From Tubulanus polymorphus (Eukaryota; Animalia; Nemertea), in the NCBI RefSeq assembly GCF_964204645.1, contig NC_134027.1, forward strand, positions 2,760,485 through 2,824,484: a DNA stretch of 64,000 nucleotides, in the 5' to 3' direction. The notes below the pieces were generated by a model. That model saw only the letters and a program-made list of their open reading frames with translations, made no database searches and had not been told where the DNA came from. Positions 37,457-52,260 of the stretch are shown here, piece after piece. Position 1 is the first letter of the stretch; each line of letters starts with the position of its first letter. Made by a program: the position numbers and the translations under genes.

Positions 37457-40400
37457 ATAATCCAATCCGATCACAAAGTGTTTCGCATTTTATTCTTTAA
37501 ATCGATTCAACTATTTCCACCTAATCGAAGACATTTAGATGTTTTCCATGATTTCCTGATTCGAATCTACCTCTAACTGGGATTTCAGTTGCCAGTTATA
37601 TCCGATACCTGGCAATTCGGTTCCTGGCTTGCTGCAATTATTCATACTGAGAGGTAAAGCACCCTCCTCTATCTGTCTCATTTTTCAACCCCACAGGTGA
37701 TTTTTCTTCGCCAGTGACAACTTTTTTCTGGGGACATTCAATTTCAAGCGGATACTAAACGTCAGGTGGTTGGTGATTAATCATGCTTTACTGAGCTCAT
37801 CTCACTAATATAATTCTTATTCAAAAAGTGAACTGATCCAAGACTTTCCTGTAAAACGGTGAGAATCGGTGAAAAATGGTACTGGTAACCGCTGGTAAAA
37901 TCTTTAATTGCATGCCACACGACATGATCGATGAAGGAATGCATGAAATGTCCTTCCTTTTACAGAATAACATCGTTGCATTGCCTTTTATTATGTCATT
38001 ACGATTACAATTTTCAATGTAAAATTCTGCACTCGGTAACCCACTAGTCATTTCACCATCTTGACGACGATATTTTACAGCCAGTTTTATCTACGAGAAC
38101 TTCTTCTTTTGGAAAAAGCGACAGTAATAACACTCGCTGATAATGGTGTTTCGTTTCTTCAATTCAGTCGTAAATTAGCGATAAATATACGGTACAATTC
38201 GTCCGACATTTATGTTATTAATTTTACCGTTTGAAATGCGATTCTCATGCGTTTATCAGACGATAGCGGTGACTAAATGCCTCGAAATATGACGACAAAC
38301 TCTACTTCGAATGTTGGCGGTTTCTTCCGATATTCATCTGCGTATTTCCCGACGGTAATATTACAATCTATGAAATGGTCATTAAGACTATGTCTTGTGA
38401 TCCGGTGTTTTCGCATGGCTAGATCGACACTTCAATAAAACTGCAAGATAAATGTACAAAGAGAAATCATAAATTGGCCGCCATGACGTGCATCCTGATT
38501 GATTACGAGCTAGAGTTTATCTTACAACGACACGGGCCGAGATTGTAGAAATGAATCCTGTTTTTAGGTAGATAATCTCGCTTATCTGTAGACTATATAT
38601 ACGGTATCGTGTTATATTTTACCCAATTGACCGAAAAATTCCTCGATTTCTTAAGATGCAAATATTCAGCAGTAAACTGTATACGATTTACCAGTTGTAA
38701 ATTTCAAAAAAAACATTACGCCATTTGAAGTGACAATCTTGCTTTCTCTAACTTCTTTCTCTTTGTGATCCTATATTAGCACTGTAACATTGCCATAAGA
38801 ACAAGAGAGCTCGTTTATCAGGCTCAACCGCGACACGTCAGAAAAATATCGATATACAGATAGATAGTGTGAGAGATTGTAGAATAACAGTAAACGTTAA
38901 TAAACGGGTCTTCGATGTCAATCTGTCATATGAAGAATTTCTATAAAACACAATAATGACCATAGAGACGATCTCATATATTGTATAATTATTCCCAAAT
39001 GAGTGTCCGATAAATATCTCAATTGCCTGCAAAATCCAGCCCTAGCTTGATTCGAAGGCTAATTGGGAAAATGAGGGTCGTCGGTCATAGAGCAATGGCA
39101 GAATCTGTTATTAGAATCGGAGTATGTGCATGATGCAATATGTTCATTTAGTTTAGTCATTTTCGACGTTTTACTGTTAAATTATTTACTCAAAAACGAT
39201 ATATCGATATTCTACGCTGCATTCGTAACTAGATATGAGTAGATATAATTTCGGCGTCGATACCAACAGCCAACCTGATGTGATAGAATTCTGTTCCTGT
39301 TATTCTGGGATCGGAAACGTGCGCATTGTATCAGATCGTTTTGTTGAGGGGAAACATATGTTTTCTCCTATGAAATGTCGACAATTTTTGTGTGATCGCT
39401 TTTTTCGATATCAATAACAACCATCCGCGAAACATCAACTTGCACTTTCCTGTGTTTGAAGATGTGATACAACGCTGTGTATATAGATCACAGAAAGATG
39501 TTACCGATGAAATTTTCAGGTTTTCAAACAGAGAACTTCTGTAACACGATGTAGTTTAGTGATTCCAGACTGGATGCGCACTACTGACATACATTCTTTC
39601 TAATCATTGGTTTGTCGAAACTTTGAGGAAAGTTGCTTCATCTCTGGTTCCAGCAATCTGTTTTTTTATGTTTTTTGAGACGGTCTCGATCGCACAGATA
39701 TTAGCCTCGTTAGGTTCACGCATGACGCGGGACGGAATCTCCTGGTTCTCGTATAGCACTCGCGTCGCGTTTACGATTTGACTCATCAATTAATTACACA
39801 CAATTTGGATGTCCACTAAAAATATGATGATTATCGGTGCTAACGACCCAACAAGGCACACGAAACAAGCATTAGAGTTATAGTTTTGATTGGTTGGTGA
39901 GATGTCGTTTGGCGCAGTGTAACGCGATGGTTACGCGTTGCTGCTGCGGCGTACGTCCTAACAGCGTTGAGGCTTTTTTCAGAACGCAACAGCTCACAGT
40001 TCAGTGATTGAGAGGATCAATTAACTTTCTTAGCTCCGTCATTACTTAAAACTTTGAATCACTTTACGGGTGAGTGATTCCATTGGATTTGTTTCATCAA
40101 AGATTTAGACCGGGATGGACTAAAATAATCGAGCCTAACATTTTGAATATTTTTGGGGAACGAGAAGTGTGTACTCATACTGTACAAGGTAAGCGAGCAA
40201 ACCTGGAAATAAATCAGTTACGAATGCCATCAACTATTTTCTTTTACAGTAAGCCTAATAGTCGTATACCTAATATTAAGTATTTTTTCAGCTATCCATG
40301 TTATCAACGCAATCTTAAAAAAGCATTTATCAAATTGCGTCTCAACATCTCCTTGCACTCGCAGATGCATTTAAATTCCCATTCGGCTCAACTATCTTCA

Positions 40401-43400
40401 ATTTATATCTTCTTGTATTTTATGGTTGATCTTCTATAGAGAATTGACTCGTCTATTAAGTGTCAAATGAAAAACTTCAAATAGAACATAAAGCTTGTTC
40501 GTTTTACAGCTGAACCGTGCCACAAATTAATAAACCCCTCAAAATTATGTTTCCCGCGAGATTCGCCGTTAAATATGACTATCACAATGCGCGGTTGTGT
40601 TTATTCAACTAGGAAATCAATCCAGCACGGAAAATATACACATAGAAATATAATTTTGCTTTTACAGAAAATTGACATTACAATAATCTAACTAACAGTT
40701 CATTAACGCTATCATTTTCATACTAGCTAGGGAATTAATTACATATATGAAAATACTGACAGTTAACTTGGCCGCTTGATTTTAATCATCGTGGATCGTT
40801 TCAGAAAACTCAAAAAAACATTTATTCGTCATTTCAAACTCAACTCTGATCATGTATGACCGGTTAACTGTACGTCTCGAAACAAGTCATCTCTATTTTG
40901 ACTGACTTGAAGAATGGGGGGAACTCTCTAAAACGAATCAATTTAACGTTTAATGTTTTGTCAATGAGCATGTATTGCGTCAGCTTTTAGACGTGGGGTA
41001 TAAGCGATCGCCGCACAATTTCTGTAAACCGAGCATCTAAAAATTTGAGAATTCACCTGTTAAAGGTATCAGGTGCCTCTACGGATTTCATTAGCAGCGA
41101 AACAAAAGATTGATTGTGGATATAATCCCATTCCGGGGAAACATACAGCTCTTAGTGGCCATTAATCATTCGTTTAAATCATTAGTTTAACAGGTTTCAC
41201 CCTCGGTCCAATACAACATAAAGATCGTTTCTAGTTCCCGGAAATCGCATCTTTCTGGCGAAAAGCACGATTTCTTTTTTTAACTTGAATGGAACTTTAG
41301 AAACTTTCGATCACCGGCAGGATTAGATAAACTACAGTTACATTTTTCGCACTTAATCTTTTTATTCGGTGAACCTCGCATACATCACATACCACAACAA
41401 AACTAAAACGTACAAAAGTTTCGAGGCAATATCGTAAAAATAGTCGCAGAAAATCGCTTCCTGCATCGCAACAACCTGCGAAGTTGCAATAAAACTCACA
41501 GCTCGCTTGATAGTTTATGAACGCCTTACTGGTAAACTGTATTACCATCGGCAAATTGTTTTCTGGCTGGTGAAACATGTAACGAAGGCGCCTAATTTGA
41601 GTATTTCATCGAAAAATAAGTTTCGCATCTTCATATGATCAAATCACTTCCACTGGTCGGTTTTTACATTAATAACATATCGAGAAATATTGAGATAACG
41701 AACGTGCGCAGATAGCTCTGAGCCATGTTACAAAAAGCCACCGCTGCCCGAGACGGATACGCATCAAACAGGCTTTTCAACGGGATGAAATAAAGGTCGT
41801 GGACATCGAGTAGTCTTTTGGTCGTAATAAGGTTGAAATCAGTGATCGTCATTTTCTGATAGAGTTACTGACTGATCTACCTGATGCACCGACATCATAG
41901 ATATAATGCAGATGGGTCTTAATGGTTCATAACTAGAAAGCATATTATGATATTTGAAGGGAAGGCTATGAGGTACATGTATATTAGAGAAACATCAACG
42001 GGATTGTATTCCCTTCCCAGCAATAATCCACGTACTGGTGACTGTTGAATGTAGATAGTTAATAGGAAATGACAATACTTATGGGTCTGAGTTGTATTAA
42101 ACAGTATCTATTTACGATCTTTGGCGATCTAACTCGTTCAAATGATGGTCGTTCATCGGAGTGACCTTGACATGTGTGCATATGAATAATAAAGTAGCTT
42201 CGGGGGTATGGAATTGTAGTACCTTTCTAACAGGTGTTTAAACATACAAACGATACTTCGCGAAATTGATCTTCCTCTAACGATATAGTTATATTTGAAA
42301 TCCAGACGGCATGTTCGCCGTTTCATAGACAAATATGTGAACCATAGATAGATATGTCCCGTCGGTCCATCGGGTAAATAGCATCTTGGGATAAAGGGTA
42401 CTTTACGTATCGGCTCATGTTGACACAAGGCTGCAGTGATTGAATGTTCTAGCTAGAACATAGTCTGATCCGTGCTGATACTTTGTCGAGGCAGTTACCC
42501 GGACGGATTGGATCAGTCACGAAATGTAAACACCAGCTAGCAAATGATCAAACTGTTTCTGGTGCGTAGGCCTATCATCTCGAATTGAACGTGTGTTTTT
42601 TAGAGTCGCGACATGTGCATGAATACGTTTTCCAATTTCGAGTGGAAATCTATATATCGTATTTTTCACAATGAATGAATCTGTATCGGACGGATCAGCA
42701 TTCATATCAATTTGGAAGATAGAAATCGAGTAGATTTTGACAGAGCCTTGTCCCGTGGTTTTCAATGCGATCACTCGTTCATGAATAAAATATCAAATTG
42801 AAGCCGTATCAGTCACTGCTGGCATGTAATATCGAGTCTCAATTGGGTCGAGATTAAAATTTATGGTTTACGACGTATACGACACACATTTTCTCAAATA
42901 TCGGTATTCCATTCAGATATACGAGTCACCTCGTATACATTGCATGCGGAATACTACCATCAAAAATTCAATATCAATTTCATTTTAATATTAGTTTCAC
43001 CATAGTTACCGAGGTCGACTGGGTGGAGGGTAAAATCGACTCGGGCGCCTGTATTTGTTTTTTTAAATTAATATTGACTTCAGTTAACATCACGTTTTGC
43101 TCATTTTATGACATGGATTTTCGAATCTACGAAGTTTTGTCAATGCTACATCGCGTAAAAGAAGTAAAAATTTGTCTGGCTAATTCCGTTACATTCTTTT
43201 TTAGCTTTTAGTCGACGCCAACGCGTCATCGAATATTCAATGATTCTTTATGTAAATTAACGATTTTCCCGGCGGATAAAAGCAGCTCAAACAACCTGCT
43301 CATTTCGGAACCGTAGCGGTGTAACGATACTCGATTTAATTGCGATGCGATGCATATAAAACCGTGGACAAATATTGTGGGAAATGGCATTTATATTGGC

Positions 43401-46400
43401 GAAAATAACACCGTAATTGTACTTCAGTATTCAGCGTAATGGAAGCTATTCCTTTGAAACTTCAATAGGAAATACATATATTGCAGGAACTTTTCAACTG
43501 AACGATGAACTTTCGGTCAGATTAATTCATAAAGGCGTGGATGACGCGCTGTTACAAAACAAACGCGAAACACGTGAAATATTTCATATTGTATTCGAAT
43601 ATTATTTTCTCTTTGTATTCAATACTTTATCGTGCACTTTTAGTATCGACATTTAATTATTCATCGAGTGATATGGATTGATGTACAAAATGTGCCGGAA
43701 AACAGAAGCTAAGAATCGGTTTGTCGAGTGAAAATGTTTACACGTTGAGGCACGTCTAAGAGTGAGCATCTGAACCTGGTTGATTATTTTTGAACGCTCT
43801 TTTTTCGACGTAATCAAACCGGGGGAAATTGACAGATGATACTATTCACCGGAAAAGTCTTTGATCAATGATTATTTCGTAAATACGCTACTCACCGTGC
43901 AAAATACTTACAGCCGTTTGCTCAAGTGGGAGTTATGTTTGAACAAACTCAGTCTGTTTTTATACGCAATATAAACATTGTCGAAAATAGTCGACTGTGG
44001 ATGAAATCCGACTTGTTCTATACCTTTCAGTAATATGCTCTCTGCAGCCATTAAATGTGATAAATACCCGCTTTCCAAATCTTTCTATACATAAAGATAG
44101 ATTTAATGGAGTTCTATAGTAAAATCTGAACCGATTAGAGATAATCGTGCTGCTTTAAAGCGCCATTAAAAACTAGAAAAAAAATCGGAGCTGATACAAG
44201 ACACCTGAAGAAAATACAACGTATAACATGCTACTAGGCATTCCAAGCGTCTTTTTCTATCGACAAAAACTTTTTGCCTGTGAAAAGTTTTATATTTCTA
44301 GAAATGGAATTAAAACCATATTTGGATTACGTCGCGATCACATGCGAATAACGCGCAGTGTGATTTTGTTTGAATTTCAGTAGCGTACTATAAGGTTCAG
44401 TTTACCCGTTGAGATGCGAGATTCACGTGCTGAGGTGTGAGATAATCCCTGCTGGTTTTCCATATCAACGCGTCATTGGCTTTTAAGTAACAGCCGATCA
44501 ATAAATAGGGTTAGAGTTGACCTTTCAATTAAATGCACAATTGAAATTGCAACACGTGTCTCTAATAATGGACATCTAAATAGATACAGCACTGCAGCGA
44601 AACGAGCACCAGGTGTCTAATAACACAGACATGTCATCCTAATGTAATTAACCATATAATTTCAACAGAAATAATCATTGGTTTGATATCAACTACTATT
44701 CTTTCGACGACCGCCCATTTTTTAGATCTCAAAGACGGCTTTCATAAAAAAGAAGAAAGTGAGAAGCCCTTTGAAGTCGACATGTTACCAAACTAAAACG
44801 TGTTTGTTCATATTGAAGTTCGCTCAGGATGTTCTCCATTTGGAACCAGCTGTGATATTCTGCAATTTCCATTGTCACGAGGTTCCACAGCGTATGGCGT
44901 GGATGCTTCTTTAATGACTAGTTTGATGTATGAATATTGGAAAAGTACACTGACCAAACTTTTTGTCGAGACTAATGCTTTTTTTCCGATGAATTCGATG
45001 GATTTCTTTGATAGATTTTGTTGGGAAAAAGGCACAATATTCGTTCTTCTATCAAAGCGTTCGCGTTTTTATACTGATGTGACAGCTGCACTCCTTGACG
45101 ATTAAAACCAGACTTGTACGACCATATCGATTAGATAGTCTGAATGGAAGTTGGAATCGAATCTAGTGGTTATATTATGCGATGAATTGAAGTACTTCAG
45201 ATAAAATTATCCGTTAAGGTCAACTGTGATTAAACATCGCTACTTATTTATGAATGCAACGGTATGTAATTCCACTTTTGCCAAGGTTGCAAATCGATGC
45301 AAAGTCTAAGTATTTTTTTATTTCATCAATTAGTGAACGCCATTCAATTCAGCTTTTCAATTGTGATTAACGGTCCATAGTTAAGGAAACTTTACGCGCG
45401 AGGAATCCTATCTTCACCTACACGTTTCATAGCGTGCATATATCTGAAAGATTTATATTATAAGAAAACTAGAATACGCAAGATTCAAATAACATTCGTC
45501 GATTCGTTTCACTGATAAGTGACATTAAGCGCTTTTCGTGAATACGTTTGTTGTATTTGGCTTGAAAAAAAGCGATCCATCAAAGAGAATAGAAACAAAG
45601 AATAAAGAATACGCGATGACAACTAAAAGCAACGAAAAGCCAAGATCTTTTCAACGTGTGTGATGAATAAACATTATAGACTGAAGCTCTCACATCTGAG
45701 CAACGTATTAAGTAAATTTTCGCACTAATGGAGATTAAGAAATCGGTAATCCTTCTTCACAAGACTCGAACATTAAAAGCCGGATTAGTGTTTATCTTCC
45801 TAGACAGGGTGAGAATAATCCCTTTTTTTCGAACGCACTATTTTACACTCGTTGTCAGTCCGTTCAATTATTTTTCGTACTATCTCTTGAATAAGACGCA
45901 TGTGCCATATATCCCTAGTAAGTTAGATTTTCAGTGGGTTTATTGAAATTTCTGGAATCCTGAAGTGGCCAATTTGTCACGTTAAATGTGACAGGTCTGG
46001 AGAACCGAAGGACTACGTCACATACCTACAAACGTTTACACACACAAGTGTTACGTCAATTAGAATCACTGAGATCTTCAAAGCTCGATAAAATGTCAAT
46101 TATAGTAACGCACGAATTTCAGAGATTTCTTTACTTGCTCTTTGTTAATGGCATTTCCGTGAAAAATTGATAACGTTTATTCATTACTCAAGATATACAT
46201 CGTTTTCTGGCGAAAGACGACATTGATATATAAATATCATAACGTCTCGTGAATGAAAGCTAAATCCCGGTAGTTGTCAGCGTTGATGAAACCAGGAAAG
46301 GAAACTACAGATGAAATGAGCTCAACTCCGTGTGATATTTGAGCTCTCGAGTGCAGCATAGTTTGAGAACTCGCAATCATTGAATAAAAACTGCGTCTTA

Positions 46401-49400
46401 GGACGTTTGAAAAAAATTTGTTACTTAAGACGTAAAAGCAGATAAGCTGCTTCCGTCTTTAATTATAATCGTGAGAATATCATTCCATCAGAAGAAATTA
46501 ATCCCTGATCTTCAGTAATGTTTCGAAGTCGGAAACAAATGTCGTAAGGCTTCGCTTCCCGAACGTGCGTCAATTTCTTATTTCTTTCGCTAACATTAAC
46601 TGTAAGGTTTCACATCGTGATGATGTTCTTATTTTCTATATTTCGTGCATTAGAACCACTCTAAATGCTTCGTATTGTTTATTTGCTGTCTTCAAATGAT
46701 GCTCACGTGGAAACCATTGAAAGCAGAAAATGAAAGAACTACGACGGCGACCGCTTATAAATACTTCACTAATAATGATGTGATTCAGGTACACAGTCAA
46801 TCAGACTGCTGATAAATGATATGTCAATTTCAAAGGGTACGTTGACAACTACACGAATACTTGCATCTCTGTCAAAGATATGAATCGAAGTTTGATGTTA
46901 TACAGTTACTCGTTTGAAACGAGCTCCTTACTTCGGGGGCATTCTCTACGGCGCAGTCGTGTTCACTGACGCAGCGCCTGAATACGTAATGAAGGTGGAT
47001 ATCAAGGAAAAAAACGCCACGGTAAAAATGACGGAAATATAAATGCCACAGCTCATGTCTGATGAATAATGCTGGAGGTAAAAGATATCGAGGGGTAGAA
47101 TTTCAAAAGTGGGACGATGCAGTCGGAAGATATACGAGATCGTCAATATTTTTGAATGGTGATTGCATCTATGCAATGAAGCGGGACGCAATGCTCAAGG
47201 TGTCTGAATATTTATTGTCTATCATATATTGGTGTGCCTTCACAACCGGATGGGCAACAAATGGACCGTAGCTAATGGTTGATTATTGCGCGTAATACTA
47301 AAAAGGCTAAAAAGTACAGTTACTGAGTACTGTATAGACGTAGACGCCGTATCTTTGCGCAGTAGCTTCTGAAATGTCAAATGCACCAGTGGTCATACTG
47401 TGCACCGCATCTGACAATTTGGGATTCTTTATTGCCTCCTGATATACATATGTGTGTGACAAACTATTTGGGACCTTGATGAGATGTCGCCGTCTGCTGT
47501 ATGCAATGCTCTTAGTGTATTGCAAATACGAGCTGTAAATCGCCGATCAATACGTCAATTATTCGTCCGAATTTGTATTATCTAACCGAGTATTAAAATG
47601 TGTTGGTATAATTTCTACATGTTGTAATGGTAATAAAAGTTTCCCAGCTGTCGCGTATGCTTTAGGAAGCAAAGGACACGATAAACCAGCCACGGAGAAT
47701 GTCACGAAAACGTCGTAAAATTGACAAACTGCCGTAAACCGTGGATCGTCTGTTGGCTAATCTCATCAGTAACCGGTATCTGTAACGTGAACACAATTAG
47801 TGATTCGGCATTTCCTACTGATACAATCAAAACTCCAAGGAAAACATTGATCTAATCCAATTGTGTTTGTTTCTTGTTAGTGGAGTCCGAAGAGATTTGC
47901 CCCGAAAGACACTTATATTGTTAGACACAGTGCTGTGATCCTTCGGGAATCCCTGATAAAATGCACCTCGACAGCTACCAGTCTTAGTCACTTTTTCCCC
48001 CGAACGTCGTGGGAATAACAGAGGCATCACAGACCACCTGCAGCAAACTAACCTCACATAGAATGCTGGGTGCGCGGTGCAGGATGCGAGCTGAAAATCT
48101 CGCTAAAATATTTTGATATGTTCTTGTCTATTCACCTTGTTATTGGTTCGTATCATATTTCCAGGCCTGAAATCTTATTTACATCAATATTTCGTATGTT
48201 TTGATGATTTAACACGTAAAAGCTTAAAAAAAATTTTGTTGCGTACACACGCAACGCACGACGCCTTAATTTCAAAGCGAGAAGTCGTAATTGAACGCAC
48301 GCCGTGTAAATAACTCGATCATCGTCTAAGACAAATTTCTAATCTAATAAAGTTAATGACTTGTTCAAGCGTTCGACAATTCCACGACTCCTATTCGGTG
48401 ATTACCGTCAATATTTTCGCTTTGATCGAATCGAAATTAACTAAATAGATTGTCGGTAATAAGAAAATCCAAAATGTGAAAAATGACTTCAAGGATTTTA
48501 AACTCCTGAAGGTGTATGGCGAATATCGATACTTTTCTAGGATTTCTATTCCGGATACATTGTGACGTAGAGAATTACTTCGATGGTAAGTCCTAGCGGT
48601 ATACGGAGCTGTTGTTGACATCGTATCAGTCACCTGCACGGGTATCAAGAGAATGGTTTCTTGTCTCGTCGGATTTTATGGGTTTCTCTGCATCACAACT
48701 CTTTCACGGTTATGAATTCCCGCCGGACTCGTAACAAGAGTTCGTACATTTATCAACACGTTAAACAAACACTTGTGTATAACGACATGTGTAATATGTC
48801 CAGTTTCTATCGTCCGTATCAACAATGTCCAAGAGGATATTGCTCTAACTCTTTATTTTGCCGCTGGAATGTGTACTCTGTGCGTCCATTACACGGGCGA
48901 ATTCCGGATAAGGGTTGAAAGATTTTTCCGGTACTTTCTGCCGTTCGTACGGTTCATATTACTAATTCTTCGTCCTACTATCAAAGTACGATGTTATTCA
49001 AAAGTCCTCACTAATTACGGTTGTTAGCAACAGCCTTCACACATACGTGTAAGTGCGTCTAAGTCAAAGCAATAACGCAGCATTTTCGAAGAGCTTTAGT
49101 TGAACTTGAAAATATCGCGATAAACGAAAAACTCGAGACGGGAAGAAAATGACACGACAGGAAACTTTCAAGTGCGCGTAGTTTTCAAGAGAATGCGCGC
49201 AGTAAAAAACTAGTTACATTAGGCGGGATGTTAGATGATAGTTCTTATTACCCAAGATGTAATTACTGTAGTTCGACATATTTAGCGTCGGTGAATTCAT
49301 TCTAGTCAATACTTGAAAAGAATGATTAATTACCTACAATATTGCGGCTTCACTACATTAGCTACGTACGATATCATTAATTTGTCCAATTCGACTATTT

Positions 49401-51198
49401 TTAAAAGAAATGGAACGTTATTGAAAAATGATTATGAAGCATGAAGAAATTGCAAATGAAACAGTGCATATGTGATTATAGTTCGTGGGTGAGGCTCGTT
49501 CTTGGACCTCCGGTCTGTGCTCAAATATCAAATGTAATATAACAGCGCTGGATTTCCTTTATAAGCCTAAGTATCAACATCGTGGGAGATGAATCCGCTA
49601 TAGGCCTACAGGTCGAATAATTGCACTTAGAATAATTTTCACTTGAACCCACACAAAGAGTTTGATAACAACAGCGAAATTATATAAGTGTATATGATAA
49701 TTAGAAAGAGGTGACAATTAATGGGTTCTGTGAAAAGTCACGTCACATGGTGCACATTGTTGCATCCGTTCTTCACGTGTTTAAAGATATCAAAATTCAC
49801 AAACAAGTTCATTTGAATTGTAGGACTCGTCTAGGAATGGTGTATTCAATTTGATCAACTTCGCACAATAGGCATTACTGCTGCAGGCAAGTAATGAAAA
49901 AATATTTCTATTCACGTGTCTGAATAGCTGAAATTCATGGCGGGGTTTGGATGATTACGGGTGTAACGCGTGCCGCATATCTCTTATACTCTGAACATGT
50001 AAGTGTTAAGTTCTTCGCGAGGATGATTTTTGTACAGATTCAGTGATTTCCCATTTCAGACTAGTGGTCAATAATGCTCAATGTTCAGGGCAATTGTGCC
50101 ATCAATTTGTAGCGATATGTCAGAGAATTAATGGGGTTATCTGTCACTCGTGGCTTAGGTAAAAATTCAGACCTCATTCACGCCAACACATTAGACATAT
50201 GGTGGGTTCGGAACAATAGGCGATAACCAATAAAGCAGTTAGTTAAAAAGAAAAGAAATCCAATATTTTCGTAAAAATATTCTAGAAATATATGCATGTC
50301 CTTGAGTAAAAAAGAAATGGGATATTTAGTTTTTATGATGATATCGGCATAAGATGCCGCCAGTTAGGAAGAGTAATCTCTCATATTGTTGTTCCTCGGG
50401 TGATTCCGATGTATGTATATAAACATCGGATTGGTTTAATGACCTGTACTTATCCGAGGAGCTGATATCGTGGGCCATTTCGTGCTTGGCTTCACGGGAA
50501 AATGATGTAGATCTTGTTTGTTGCCTGCGAGTATTTTGTGATGGTGGCAAAATTACGCGATTATGTCTCCGTTGGTTCTCTTTGTGGCGGGATTTATCTG
50601 GGGGGCTGCATCTGCAGTGACATTTACAAAACTAACATAGGAATTTAGTAGTTGTCGAATGAAAATTGCCTTAAATAAGGGAATATTTATTTACCGAATG
50701 TTCAAATAACCTGTCTGAGTTTTGCCTTAAAGTCAGCGACGCGGCTATCTATAAGAGCTGTTCATTTCACTGGAATCTGATGTTCACGAATATTTCAGAT
50801 CTCATATTTATTTTTTCTTCATTTTATTTCCAGGGTGTTTATAATAAGTGCATAAGCTTTCATGTATAACTGTGAATTTTTGATGAAGAATACTCGTAGG
50901 GTTTTGAAGAATAATCATGAAAATGTCTCTTAAGAGACGTTTCATGTTCTATAAATAAATGATATTGTTGGCATTTATGTAATAACATTTGGTCTACTGG
51001 TGTCATAAGATCTTGATGTCGACATGAAAAATATCGGCATTTTTTGCTGTAATTTTTCGTTAATCAAATATATCTCATGCATCTCATGGTTTGGCATCTA
51101 CACATAAGAATAATATTTATTTCTCAAATATATAAAGATAAACAAATATAGATATAAGATAAACGTATATAGTATAAATACATGGGTCAATTGAATAT

Positions 51199-51280
51199 TG
51201 TTATTATTGTCATTATCATCATCATCATTTTTAAGTGGAGCCCCGAGCTCTAAGAGAGTACTCGAAGGGGATCCCCTCTT
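51199..51280 (-). mobile_element. Probable non-LTR retrotransposon 3' end (GC-rich stem-loop, TTAAAA, (ATG)n/(AAT)n tail)
   Basis: Minus strand reads agaggggatccccttcgagtactctcttagagctcggggctccac ttaaaa atgatgatgatgataatgacaataataac. It sits downstream of a very AT-rich, CpG-poor tract (about 51280-51700) unlike the surrounding DNA. Confidence 0.4.
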
Positions 51281-51341
51281 TTAAAAATGTAACAATAGCG
51301 ATCATATGATATAATAATCATATTCATGATAATGATAAATA

Positions 51342-51373
<32 letters not shown>
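51342..51373. repeat. (ATG)n microsatellite, about 10 copies
   Basis: Read directly. Confidence 0.95.
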
Positions 51374-51374
<1 letters not shown>

Positions 51375-52260
51375 GTAATAAAAGAAGAAAAAAAATGAAA
51401 ATAATGAAAGTGATAGAATTATTGATAATCATGGGGAAAAAAAGAGAAAAAATATAATACAAAAACAGAATAAAAGCAACATGATTACTTTATGAATATG
51501 ATTAAAAAATCATTAAATTAGATGTAACAGCATTGTAGGACAGATATACATAAATACAATACAGTACAAAGAATATTGTCAATGGGCAATGTAAAAAATA
51601 CATTAAGATAATTTATGTATTTTTGGTATAATTCAAACTTGATTATCAGTATACACATTTATTTGTATGTGTGTGTCATTGAGTCCTATGGTATCATATG
51701 GTAAACCCATTTCAGTTATTCTACTGACCCGTTTCGTTTCTATGACGTTATATTTATTATTTCGTTAGGTGATTTTTCGATATTTTATAAAACCGTTTCA
51801 AAAATTCAATTTAAATAAAATCCGTAGTGCTTATGTATATGATATACATGTAGAATAAAGGAACATACTCTGAAACATAAAAACGAAAAATAACTATATG
51901 AATTGGAGGTTAAATGATTAAATCGATAAACCACAGCAAATAGAGAAAAAAGCATAGTTGGTGATGATACTTGGAAACATTAGTTGGTGGTGATTGGGAG
52001 AGTATAGATATCGTTGAGTAGAATTACATATAGATGTTTCCAGATTCGAAGCTCCAGTGTGTTACAGTACAATCAATGATTGAATGTCATTCATCTTCGA
52101 TTGTTTGGCATGCACAAATATTCTCCTCTCGGTAATCCAATATATATCTTTGTTATCTTTGATATGTCTTTGTTATCTCTAAACGATGGGTACTTAATCG
52201 TAATTTGGGGATGAATTTGTGAAATAAAGTGATCTAACCTTTAGGATGTATTAATCGTGT

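Noticed and set aside
44808-45035. Minus-strand ORF ending ...EASTPYAVEPRDNGNCRISQLVPNGEHPERTSI, resembling a cytoplasmic tail
   Set aside because: No good acceptor, no upstream partner exons and no recognisable homology.
2031-51462. The roughly 100 short ORFs (60-136 aa) in the track across the intergenic region
   Set aside because: No recognisable domains, many rely on TTG/GTG starts that are irrelevant in a eukaryote, and lengths are as expected by chance. The exceptions (13961-14215, 37272-37460) are explained as L2 relics.
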